This document shows, piece after piece, positions 22,507-30,290 of a DNA stretch of 32,000 nt. The stretch comes from Mycolicibacterium smegmatis. Its GTDB lineage: Bacteria; Actinomycetota; Actinomycetes; Mycobacteriales; Mycobacteriaceae. Numbering within the stretch: the stretch's first letter is position 1; the number at the start of each line of letters is the position of its first letter. Location: NCBI RefSeq assembly GCF_001457595.1, contig NZ_LN831039.1, positions 6,570,001-6,602,000 of the forward strand. Reading direction: 5' to 3'. The translations under genes were made by a program, and so were the position numbers. The notes under the pieces were generated by a model. The model saw only the letters and a program-made list of their open reading frames with translations. It was not told the origin of the DNA and ran no database searches.

Positions 22507-22800
22507 ATGGCCACGCGACCAACGACATCCGGTGAGAGCACCCGCAGCATCACGTGGGTCTGGCTGGCACTGACCGCGATCACGATCGGGTCGTGGTGGC
22601 TCGCACCCGCACACATCACGGGAACCGTCCAGGCGAGCACCACGATCACGGCCGTCGTGCTGGTCCTCACGTTCGTCAAGTGCCGTCTGATCATTCGGCA
22701 TTTCATGGAGGTTCGCACCGCACCCCGCTGGCTCGGGCACGCCACCGACGCGTGGCTCGTCGTGCTGCTCACCACGGTGTTCGTGATCTATCTGTTCTGA
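22507..22800 (+). CDS. Cytochrome c oxidase subunit IV-like small membrane protein
   Basis: 97 aa, three hydrophobic helices: ITWVWLALTAITIGSWWLA, TITAVVLVLTFVKCRLIIRHFMEVR, WLVVLLTTVFVIYLF. Follows the subunit III gene directly. Confidence 0.8.
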   Translation: MATRPTTSGESTRSITWVWLALTAITIGSWWLAPAHITGTVQASTTITAVVLVLTFVKCRLIIRHFMEVRTAPRWLGHATDAWLVVLLTTVFVIYLF

Positions 22801-22809
22801 TCTCACCGT

Positions 22810-23427
22810 ATGGTGGTGGCGATGAGCGACGCGCCGCGCAAGAAGCCGCGCCAGCGCCGGTCGAGAGAGACCGTCGAGGTGGTGCTGGAGGCCGCCGCGC
22901 AGGTTTTCGACCGCGAGGGACTCGCCGCGACCACCAACCGCATCGCCGAACGCGCCGGGGTGTCCATCGGTTCGCTCTACCAGTACTTCCCCAACAAGCA
23001 CGCGCTGCTCAACGCGCTCGCGCAGCGGCACGTGCAGACGGCCTCTGCGCGTCTCGACGCGGTCTTCACCGAACTGCGCCACGAGACACCAGAATTCGAC
23101 CAGACCCTGCGGTCGATCCTCGCGGTCGTCGTCGACCTGCACCACGACCGGCCCGCCCTACACCGGTTGATGCACCGCGTCGCGGTCCCGCGCGACGATC
23201 AACTCGCGGTGCTGCAGGAATTCGAGGACCGGCTCGCCGGCGAGGTCGCGTTCCACCTCGTGCGGTGCGGCCGCGTCCGGGATCCCGACGACGCCTCGGC
23301 GACGGCCCGCACCGTGGTGCACGCGGTCGACGCGCACCTGCACCGCGTGCTACCCCACCGCGAAGTCACCCGGGAGGCCGCCGTCGGCGATCTGGTCGGC
23401 CTGGTCGAACGGCTGCTGCGGCCCTGA
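22810..23427 (+). CDS. TetR family transcriptional regulator
   Basis: RSRETVEVVLEAAAQVFDREGLAATTNRIAERAGVSIGSLYQYFPNKHALLNALAQRH. The start may be 22822 (MSDAPRKK). Confidence 0.93.
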   Translation: MVVAMSDAPRKKPRQRRSRETVEVVLEAAAQVFDREGLAATTNRIAERAGVSIGSLYQYFPNKHALLNALAQRHVQTASARLDAVFTELRHETPEFDQTLRSILAVVVDLHHDRPALHRLMHRVAVPRDDQLAVLQEFEDRLAGEVAFHLVRCGRVRDPDDASATARTVVHAVDAHLHRVLPHREVTREAAVGDLVGLVERLLRP

Positions 23428-24366
23428 CGACCCACCACCGGCGAGCACGCTGTCGCAGACCCCGCGCAGCGCAGTCACCAGCTGACCGATCCCGGGCTCC
23501 TCGACCGGATAGTGACCACAGCTCTGCAGCAATACAGTCCGAGTCGGCGCCGAGATGCGGTCGGCGAACCGGATGCTCAGCGACCGCGGCGTCCACCGGT
23601 CGGCGCCCGGGTGCACCAGGGTCACGGATGCCGCGTCGAAGCGCTCCGCTGCGGTATGGCGAAAGTTCATCCAGCTTCCGAGAAACCCGAGCGGGATGTG
23701 CACGCCACCGCCGCGGGTGTCGCGCAGCACCAGTCGGTTCAGGTCCGGATTGCCGCTCATCGCAGCCATTTTCACGATCCATCGGATGGGCATCCGCACC
23801 CCGCCCACGTACCGGTCGGCCGCACCGAGGACCCGCGGCGCCACCCGCCCGAGCACCGGTACGCGCGCCGCGGCCGCCCGCGCCGCCGGGTCGGCCGGAT
23901 CGAGCAGGCACGTCGCCACCACGTGGGCGACCAGTCCGGTACGCGCGGCGACCTCGTAACCGAGCAGGCCGCCCATGCTCGCCCCGAACACCACGAGCGG
24001 ACGGTCGTCGTTCGCACACTCGTGGCGCACCAGATCGCTGACACACTCGACCCAGTCGTCGTAGCGCACCCGCCGCGGTTGCGGTACCCGGGTGTGCCCG
24101 TACAACGGCAGATCCGGCACCAGCACGTCGGCGCCCTCGGCGGCCGCCAACCCGGCGAACGGCCACAGCGCCGCGGCGTGCCCACCCGCGCCGTGCAGCA
24201 CCAGAACCCGCGCCCGACTGTCCGGCAGCTGCGCGCGCAGAATGTGCACGTCGTGTCCCCGCCACGACCACCACGTCGACGCCGGGGCAAGCGCCTGCCG
24301 GTACCCGGCGGGCAGGAACCCCGCATAGCGCTCGATGTCGGACCGAACTTCCCGCATGACATCCAT
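23350..24366 (-). CDS. Alpha/beta hydrolase fold protein
   Basis: ARVLVLHGAGGHAAALWPFAGLAAAEGADVLVPDLPLYGHT..., nucleophile elbow VVFGASMGGLLGYEVA, C-terminal SCGHYPVEEPG. Start chosen at MDVMREVRSD; the track ORF extends to 24501. Confidence 0.85.
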   Translation of the reverse strand: MDVMREVRSDIERYAGFLPAGYRQALAPASTWWSWRGHDVHILRAQLPDSRARVLVLHGAGGHAAALWPFAGLAAAEGADVLVPDLPLYGHTRVPQPRRVRYDDWVECVSDLVRHECANDDRPLVVFGASMGGLLGYEVAARTGLVAHVVATCLLDPADPAARAAAARVPVLGRVAPRVLGAADRYVGGVRMPIRWIVKMAAMSGNPDLNRLVLRDTRGGGVHIPLGFLGSWMNFRHTAAERFDAASVTLVHPGADRWTPRSLSIRFADRISAPTRTVLLQSCGHYPVEEPGIGQLVTALRGVCDSVLAGGGSSGPQQPFDQADQIADGGLPGDFAVG

Positions 24367-24551
24367 ACCGCAAGCCTGTGCCGCGCCGAATAGCCTGACA
24401 ACTCGCATTCGGTGGTCACAAAGCCGCCGGTGAACAGGCATCCGTCGTCGGCTGCTCGCGTTTCTGATCCGCCTGAAACTGGTGACAAACCCGGTTGTCA
24501 ACCTCCACTAGGCTTTTGCCATCTCGACCAGATGACGAGGGGAGCCTGCCG

Positions 24552-24836
24552 ATGGAGGTCGATCCGGAGATCCTGCGCGCTTTTGCCGGCCAGGTGGACA
24601 TCGCATCGGGGCTCATTCGCGAAGCCGATGCCGGAGACAAGGTCGCGACCGCCGCGGATGGGTTGGACGGCTCGACGACACAGTGGGCGGCACGACTCGT
24701 CGGATCGCACGTCAAAGAGATCGCGGCGCAGATCGCCGCTGACGTCAACGACATGGGCACCGCAGTTCGTGGCGCGGGCAACTCCTACGAAGTGACCGAT
24801 GCCGGTCTGGCGGGCAGCTTCGGGAAGATCTTCTGA
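24552..24836 (+). CDS. EspC-like small type VII secretion (ESX)-associated protein
   Basis: 94 aa: MEVDPEILRAFAGQVDIASGLIREADAGDKVATAADGLDGSTTQWAARLVGSHVKEIAAQIAADVNDMGTAVRGAGNSYEVTDAGLAGSFGKIF. Helical-hairpin size with a YxxxD motif (YEVTD). Confidence 0.75.
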   Translation: MEVDPEILRAFAGQVDIASGLIREADAGDKVATAADGLDGSTTQWAARLVGSHVKEIAAQIAADVNDMGTAVRGAGNSYEVTDAGLAGSFGKIF

Positions 24837-24839
24837 CCA

Positions 24840-26132
24840 GTGTTGCCTTCACGTCCCCGCCTGGAGCGCTGGAACCCCGACTCGTTGTCGACGTCCGGTC
24901 AGAGCGCCCGAGAAGCCGGCGCGGCTGTCGGTCAAGCAGTAGCTCGTATCAGCAACAACCTCAAGACCATGCCGGAAACGCGATCGTGGTCGGGCGGCGC
25001 TCACGATGCGGCGGTCTCGATGTTCGAGCGGGCACAGAAGCAGACGGATAACTTTTCCAAGTACACGGCAGCCATCGGAGACGCGTTGAAAGGCGGCGCC
25101 GGACCGATCGGTAGCGCCCGCACAACACTGCTCAACAAGGCCGACGAGATCGATCAGAGCGGCCAATTATGGGTGAACGACCAATGGGTGGTCTTGATCA
25201 AAGGCGGCCAGATGACCGTCGAACAGGCCGCCGCGCTCGAAAAGCGTGCTCAGTCGGAGCAGCGGACTGTCATTACTCTTCTGTCCGCAGTCGGCAAGGC
25301 CGATGAAGACACGGCCGCGAAAGTGACGACTGCCGCGCAGCAGTTTGGTTTCGCAGTGCCCGACTCAGGTGGGCTCGGACCGCTGTTTCCTGGAGTCGCG
25401 AAACCAGACGACGAAGTGCCCAATCCGATGTTCCCCCTCGGGGTTCTACAGCAAGCTGTAATCCGCGACGGCGACATGAAGCAAACCGTCCGAGAGACAA
25501 CGGTCGAGAAGAAATACAATCCTGAGACCGGCGAAGAAATATCGACAGTTACGACCAGATACATGATGGACGGTAGTAGGTATGTCGAGACCGTCAACGC
25601 GAAAGCATCCTTCTCGGATCGTTCACCATTGACGACCGTCGTCCATTTCGACAAAGATAATAAGCAGATTTCCAGGACAGAAACTGTCACTTGGAAACCA
25701 TGGGCACCCAGTAGCCTTGCTGGCAAGACTACTAGTACAACTACCTACGCTGACGGCACAATAGCTGAATTGGAGCAATTACCAAACGGCGAGCAATTCG
25801 TGACGATAAGAACCCCGGATGCCCGGGAACCGAATGTGCCGATCAACCTCACCGACCATCCTGTGTTGAGTACCGTGAGCGCCGCGGGTGGCAAATACCT
25901 CGGGCCCGGAGTAGCAGTTGCCACGGCTCTGTGGGACTATCACGTGGCAGACTCCGACTTCAAGAAGTGTGTGGCCGCCGCCGAGGGAATCACAGGGGTA
26001 ACCGCCGGCACACTAGCAGGTCTTGCAACACTGGAGTTCTCTCCGGCTGTCTCGATACCGGTGGGATTGCTCGCAGCCGGTGGCGGCGAGGCTCTGGGCA
26101 ACTGGATCGGGAATACATTTTGTCCACGATGA
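24840..26132 (+). CDS. Putative T7SS-exported effector/toxin: WXG-type N-terminal helical domain, variable middle region, glycine-rich hydrophobic C-terminus
   Basis: 430 aa from GTG 24840. N-terminal region has W-S-G (TRSWSGGAHDAAVSMFERAQKQTDNFSKYTAAIGDAL). C-terminus is GVAVATALWDYHVADSDFKKCVAAAEGITGVTAGTLAGLATLEFSPAVSIPVGLLAAGGGEALGNWIGNTFCPR. Starts 3 nt after the EspC-like gene. Confidence 0.7.
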   Translation: MLPSRPRLERWNPDSLSTSGQSAREAGAAVGQAVARISNNLKTMPETRSWSGGAHDAAVSMFERAQKQTDNFSKYTAAIGDALKGGAGPIGSARTTLLNKADEIDQSGQLWVNDQWVVLIKGGQMTVEQAAALEKRAQSEQRTVITLLSAVGKADEDTAAKVTTAAQQFGFAVPDSGGLGPLFPGVAKPDDEVPNPMFPLGVLQQAVIRDGDMKQTVRETTVEKKYNPETGEEISTVTTRYMMDGSRYVETVNAKASFSDRSPLTTVVHFDKDNKQISRTETVTWKPWAPSSLAGKTTSTTTYADGTIAELEQLPNGEQFVTIRTPDAREPNVPINLTDHPVLSTVSAAGGKYLGPGVAVATALWDYHVADSDFKKCVAAAEGITGVTAGTLAGLATLEFSPAVSIPVGLLAAGGGEALGNWIGNTFCPR

Positions 26133-26890
26133 GAACGGCCGGCGTACTACGTGTCGCATTCGTCTTCGCCATCCTGACAGGTGGAATTGTCTACATCGCC
26201 GTATGGGCGGCCATCTGGTTCGTTCATGGCGATTACATGACCACGGCATTGTGCCTCGGCGGTGTCGCATTGCTGACCGGCCTGATCCTTCACACAGCCT
26301 TCGGGGTATCAGGCAGAGCACGTCCGCGTACAGAATTTGGCCGTGACGGAACACTGGTCCGTCCTCAAAAACTCCCTGACGTGGCTTTTGGAACAGGCCT
26401 GGCCATAGGAGTACTTTCCGCCGCGATATATCTCGCTTTCTCGCAGCTGGGTACCGTCGCGTACACACCATCAGGAATTCTCCGCGTCGCATTTCCCGCG
26501 GCTTGCGCGTTCTATGTGATTTTCGGCATCCCAGTCCTCTATCGGATGTTGAAATTCCGCGACGGAAGCCATCTTCGTATCGACCCCAGCGGTTTCGAAG
26601 TGTGGGACGGCCAATGGAATACATTTGTGCGCGGGGGATGGGACGATGTTCAGCAGATTCTCGATCACCCCGTACGGGGGAAGACATCAGTTACCGATGT
26701 CATCGTTTTCGTCCTCGGTAAGCGAAAGAGCGCGAAGCTGGTAACCAACAGCATCACCGCCGACAGCCATGCGCTGAGGGAGTGGGTCCGTTTTTACTGG
26801 CAGCACCCGGAATATCGGGAGGAACTTGTCGACAGCCGAGGCGTGCACCGCCTCGAAGACCAGAGGTTCTCCCCGAGTGATGCGGCCTGA
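26129..26890 (+). CDS. Putative immunity protein: four TM helices plus C-terminal cytosolic domain
   Basis: ATG at 26129 overlaps the effector stop (ATGA). TM-like LRVAFVFAILTGGIVYIAVWAAIWF, ALCLGGVALLTGLILHTAF, FGTGLAIGVLSAAIYLAF, AFPAACAFYVIFGIPVLY, then SHLRIDPSGFEVWDGQWNTFVRGGWDDVQQI... Confidence 0.65.
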   Translation: MRTAGVLRVAFVFAILTGGIVYIAVWAAIWFVHGDYMTTALCLGGVALLTGLILHTAFGVSGRARPRTEFGRDGTLVRPQKLPDVAFGTGLAIGVLSAAIYLAFSQLGTVAYTPSGILRVAFPAACAFYVIFGIPVLYRMLKFRDGSHLRIDPSGFEVWDGQWNTFVRGGWDDVQQILDHPVRGKTSVTDVIVFVLGKRKSAKLVTNSITADSHALREWVRFYWQHPEYREELVDSRGVHRLEDQRFSPSDAA

Positions 26891-27037
26891 GAGAGGCCCC
26901 GGCGCATTGCGCTCGGATCCCCACACAAAGCTTCGGTTGATCAGAGCGCTTGCGGTTGAGGTGAGCCCCCTGTAGTGGTCCAGTCGTTGTGGGGACTCTG
27001 TTGCCCGAGTGTTCGGGCAGGAAGAATCACCAACGAC

Positions 27038-27325
27038 ATGACATCGAACAAACGCCGGCGGCATACCCCGGATCAGATCATCCGCAAGCTCGCCGAGGGC
27101 AACAAGCTCCTGGGGACCGGCCAGGAACTCGCCGAGGTGTGCCGGCACCTGGAGATCACCGAGTCGACCTGGCATCGCTGGGTGGCCCAGTACGGCGGCA
27201 TGAAAGCCAACGAGGCCAAACGCCTCAAGGAGCTCGAGGCGGAGAACGCCCGGCTCAAGAAGCTGGTCGCCAACCAGGCCCTCGACATCGACATGCTCAA
27301 GGAGATCTCGTCGGGAAACTTCTGA
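27038..27325 (+). CDS. IS3-family transposase OrfA (element #1)
   Basis: MTSNKRRRHTPDQIIRKLAEGNKLLGTGQELAEVCRHLEITESTWHRWVAQYGGMKANEAKRLKELEAENARLKKLVANQALDIDMLKEISSGNF. Confidence 0.92.
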   Translation: MTSNKRRRHTPDQIIRKLAEGNKLLGTGQELAEVCRHLEITESTWHRWVAQYGGMKANEAKRLKELEAENARLKKLVANQALDIDMLKEISSGNF

Positions 27326-28121
27326 CCCCGAACCGCAAGCGCAGCGCCGTCATCGCTCTGCGTGAACGGTTCGGGGTCTCTGAGCGCCGCGCGTGCTCGG
27401 TCGTCGGGCTGCACCGCTCGACGATGCGTCTGACGCCGGCTCCGGTCACCACCGAGGAGACCGAGTTGCGGGCGTGGCTGCGCCGGTTCTCCACTGATCG
27501 GCCGCGCTGGGGGTGGCGCCGGGCGGCGAAGATGGCCCGTCGCGCCGGCTGGAATGCCAACAACAAGCGCATCCGCCGACTGTGGCGCGAGGAGGGCCTG
27601 CGGGTGCCTCAGCGGCGCCGCAAGAAGCGGCTGACGGGGATCGGGGTCGCCGTGGGGGCGATGTCGCCGATCCGTCCGAATGCGATCTGGGCGATGGACT
27701 TTCAGTTTGATACCACCGCTGATGGTCGCACGCTGAAGATGCTCAACGTGATCGACGAGTTCACCCGCGAAGCCCTCGCCATCGAGGTGGATCGCAGCAT
27801 CGATGCCGACGGGGTCGTGGCTGTGCTGGATCGGCTCGCGCTCGTCCATGGGGCGCCGCACTATGTGCGTTTCGACAACGGGCCTGAGTTCGTCGCGCAC
27901 GCGGTGCGCGATTGGTGTCGATTCAACAGCGCCGGTTCACTTTTCATCGATCCGGGTTCGCCATGGCAGAACGCCTGGATCGAATCGTTTAACGGCAGAC
28001 TGCGAGACGAACTGCTCAACCTGTGGCGCTTCGATTCGCTACTGGAAGCCCGGGTGATCATCGAGGACTGGCGCTGCGATTACAACGCCAACCGGCCCCA
28101 CTCAGCCCACGGTGACCGCAC
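27313..28121 (+). pseudogene. IS3-family transposase OrfB (element #1), 3' end separated by IS insertion (remainder at 29489-29543)
   Basis: DDE core: IWAMDFQFD, HYVRFDNGPEFVAHAV, GSPWQNAWIESFNGRLRDELL. The frame is broken after HSAHGDR; removing the insert and one CAC copy restores HSAHGDRTPAEFALQWATTHQPKVA*. Confidence 0.88.
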
Positions 28122-28172
28122 TGATCCGCCCCGGCGTGTCTGGAGAGTTCTTCCGTTGGGAAGGATGGGCAC

Positions 28173-28499
28173 GTGGGATCGAAGTCATCGAGGCGGTATC
28201 CAGACGAGCTGAAGGTGCGGGCGGTGCAGATGGTGGCCGATCTGCGCAGCGAGACAGTTTCGGAGTGGGAGGCGATGGGCCGGGTTGCTGACCTGCTGGG
28301 CGTCGGTACTGCCGAAACGGTGCGCAAATGGGTCCGCCAGGCTGAGATCGACGCCGGCTCTCGGGCGGGGCAGACCAGCGAGGAATCCGAGGTCCTGCGC
28401 AAGCTGCGCCGGGAGAATGCCGAACTCAAGCGGGCCAACGCGATCTTGAAGGCGGCCTCGGTTTTCTTCGCCGCCGAGCTCGACCGGCCCTCTCAGTAG
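28173..28499 (+). CDS. IS3-family transposase OrfA (element #2)
   Basis: MGSKSSRRYPDELKVRAVQMVADLR...VLRKLRRENAELKRANAILKAASVFFAAELDRPSQ. Confidence 0.93.
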   Translation: MGSKSSRRYPDELKVRAVQMVADLRSETVSEWEAMGRVADLLGVGTAETVRKWVRQAEIDAGSRAGQTSEESEVLRKLRRENAELKRANAILKAASVFFAAELDRPSQ

Positions 28500-28501
28500 T
28501 C

Positions 28502-29455
28502 GTGGAGTTCATCAGCGCCCACCAGCACATGCGGGTGGGCGTTGATGGTCTCAAGTGGGGTGTCGAGTCGATGTGCGCTGTGCTTTCCGAGTACGGCGTC
28601 ACGATCGCCCCGTCGACGTATTACGCCCACCGCGCCCGTCAGGGCCCCTCGAAAGCCGACTGGGCCGATGCGCAGGTGATCGATGCGATCTGGCAGCTTC
28701 GCCAATCGCAGAGTCTGTACCGAGTCCTGGGCGCTCGTAAGACATGGATTGTATTGCGCACCAATGGTATCGACGTATCGCGCTGTGTCGTGGAACGGGT
28801 CATGCGGGAGATGGGTTGGCGGGGTGCGTGCAAGCGCCGGCGGGTGCGCACCACCGTCGCCGATCCGGCAGCGACGCGAGCCCCGGATCGGGTCCGGCGT
28901 AATTTCGTCGCCGGTGCGCCTGACCGATTGTGGGTGGCCGATTTCACCTACTGCCGGACTCGTGCCGGCTGGGCCTACACGGCGTTCGTCACCGATGTCT
29001 ATGCCCGCAAGATCGTGGGTTGGAAGGTGGCTACCGAGATGACCCAGAAGCTGGTGACCGATGCGATCGACCACGCTATCGACACCAGAAAGCGTTCGGG
29101 TGCAGCATCTTTGGATTCACTTATCCACCACAGCGACGCGGGCTCGCAATACACCGCGGTCGCGTTCACCGAACGTCTGGCCGCTGAGGGGATCCTGCCT
29201 TCAGTCGGATCCGTCGGGGATAGTTTCGATAATGCTCTGGCCGAATCGGTGAACAGCAGCTACAAGACCGAACTCATCGACCGCCAGCCGCTCTATCCCG
29301 GTGCCACCGAACTGGCGCTGGGGACCGCCGAATGGGTGGCCTTCTACAACCGTCAGCGACCCAACGGCTACTGCCAGGACCTGACCCCCGATCGGGCCGA
29401 AGCGCTCTACTACCATCGCCAACGGCACCCTCATGCCGAGGAGGCACTCAGATAA
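28502..29455 (+). CDS. IS3-family transposase OrfB (element #2)
   Basis: DDE motifs LWVADFTYC, LIHHSDAGSQYTAV, SVGDSFDNALAESVNSSYKTELI; -1 frame relative to OrfA. Confidence 0.95.
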   Translation: MEFISAHQHMRVGVDGLKWGVESMCAVLSEYGVTIAPSTYYAHRARQGPSKADWADAQVIDAIWQLRQSQSLYRVLGARKTWIVLRTNGIDVSRCVVERVMREMGWRGACKRRRVRTTVADPAATRAPDRVRRNFVAGAPDRLWVADFTYCRTRAGWAYTAFVTDVYARKIVGWKVATEMTQKLVTDAIDHAIDTRKRSGAASLDSLIHHSDAGSQYTAVAFTERLAAEGILPSVGSVGDSFDNALAESVNSSYKTELIDRQPLYPGATELALGTAEWVAFYNRQRPNGYCQDLTPDRAEALYYHRQRHPHAEEALR

Positions 29456-29568
29456 GAGAACCTCCCGACATGCCGGGGCGGATCACACCCCAGCCGAGTT
29501 TGCCCTACAGTGGGCCACGACCCATCAACCGAAAGTCGCATAGCGACTGGACCACCAAACGGGTCCCC

Positions 29569-29745
29569 CTCAGCCAGCGTCATTACCGGCACCAGACCGG
29601 CGCACGACACGAGATGGGCATCATCGAAGACCGCCGACGACGCAGCGAACCTATGGGACACTTTCACCGGAAGTGCCTTTCGAAGTTGTGCCGATAAGTG
29701 CCTAGAGAACACTCATCATCACAGCTCAGAAGGCACTTTCCTCGT
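29569..29745 (-). mobile_element. 5' remnant of an IS1380-family element
   Basis: Minus strand reads GTG-KVSHRFAASSAVFDDAHLVSCAGLVPVMTLAE, then joins the IS3 end. This resembles IS1380-type transposase N-termini. AAGTGCC/GGCACTT motifs lie upstream (29670-29742). Confidence 0.6.
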
Positions 29746-29786
29746 CACGACACCCTGCGACCAGCCAATTCATCGGTGGATCGAGG

Positions 29787-30290
29787 CTAAATGCTCGATG
29801 GCAGAGCGGTATAGGACACGATGCGCGCACCGTTCTCGACCAGGTTGAGCGGCAAAGGATCCCGTCCCCACAGACTGCACACCCACAGTGCGCGTGAGCG
29901 CGCTGCACCGTGCACAGACCGAAGTCGCACCGTCGCATCTGAATGAGGGACGATGCGGCCACGCCAATCCGCGCGTGTACCAGAAGCACTGTCCTGCAAG
30001 GCGTCTGCGAGAGCAGCCGAGACCGAGGCCGCCCACGCCGGGGCGGCGGCTGCCGGTAGTGCAGCCACCTCGAACGCCGACCACAGATCAGGCGGCAGCG
30101 TCTCATCGAACCCTTCCGGGCACACTCCGGAGTACCCGACGCGCGATACGACCATCTTGGCGACCGTGGTCCCCGCGACGTGGTCGAGCACACCCTGGCG
30201 GTCTTCACCGTCCCACAGCAACGCCGCCGTGGCCGCAGAAATGGTCTGTTCGGCTGCGCGCTCTAAAATCGCCCAGTCAACTGCCATCAT
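29787..30290 (-). CDS. Hypothetical protein, translationally coupled to the upstream Gly/Pro-rich gene
   Basis: MMAVDWAILERAAEQTISAATAALLWDGEDRQGVLDHVAG.... ATG at 30290 overlaps the upstream TGA (30289-30287). Confidence 0.7.
   Translation of the reverse strand: MMAVDWAILERAAEQTISAATAALLWDGEDRQGVLDHVAGTTVAKMVVSRVGYSGVCPEGFDETLPPDLWSAFEVAALPAAAAPAWAASVSAALADALQDSASGTRADWRGRIVPHSDATVRLRSVHGAARSRALWVCSLWGRDPLPLNLVENGARIVSYTALPSSI

Larger units (their letters stand above)
28122..29485 (+). mobile_element. Intact IS3-family element #2 nested in element #1
   Basis: Left end TGATCCGCCCCGGCGTGTC. Right end reverse complement TGATCCGCCCCGGCATGTC. 3-bp direct repeat CAC at 28119-28121 and 29486-29488. 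Confidence 0.92.
26971..29560 (+). mobile_element. IS3-family element #1, interrupted by a second IS3 element at 28121/28122; outer ends approximate
   Basis: OrfA/OrfB architecture. Imperfect terminal repeats: TGTAGTGGTCCAGTCG at 26971, and TTTGGTGGTCCAGTCG when the right end near 29559 is reverse-complemented. Confidence 0.8.

Noticed and set aside
22554-24041. 495-aa plus-strand ORF covering the COX4-like and TetR genes and antisense hydrolase
   Set aside because: Covers three supported genes in other frames; Arg/Pro-rich composition.
29669-29742. Imperfect inverted AAGTGCC / GGCACTT motifs considered as a small MITE or CRISPR-like repeat
   Set aside because: Only three short copies with irregular spacing; better explained as terminal/subterminal sites of the IS1380 remnant.
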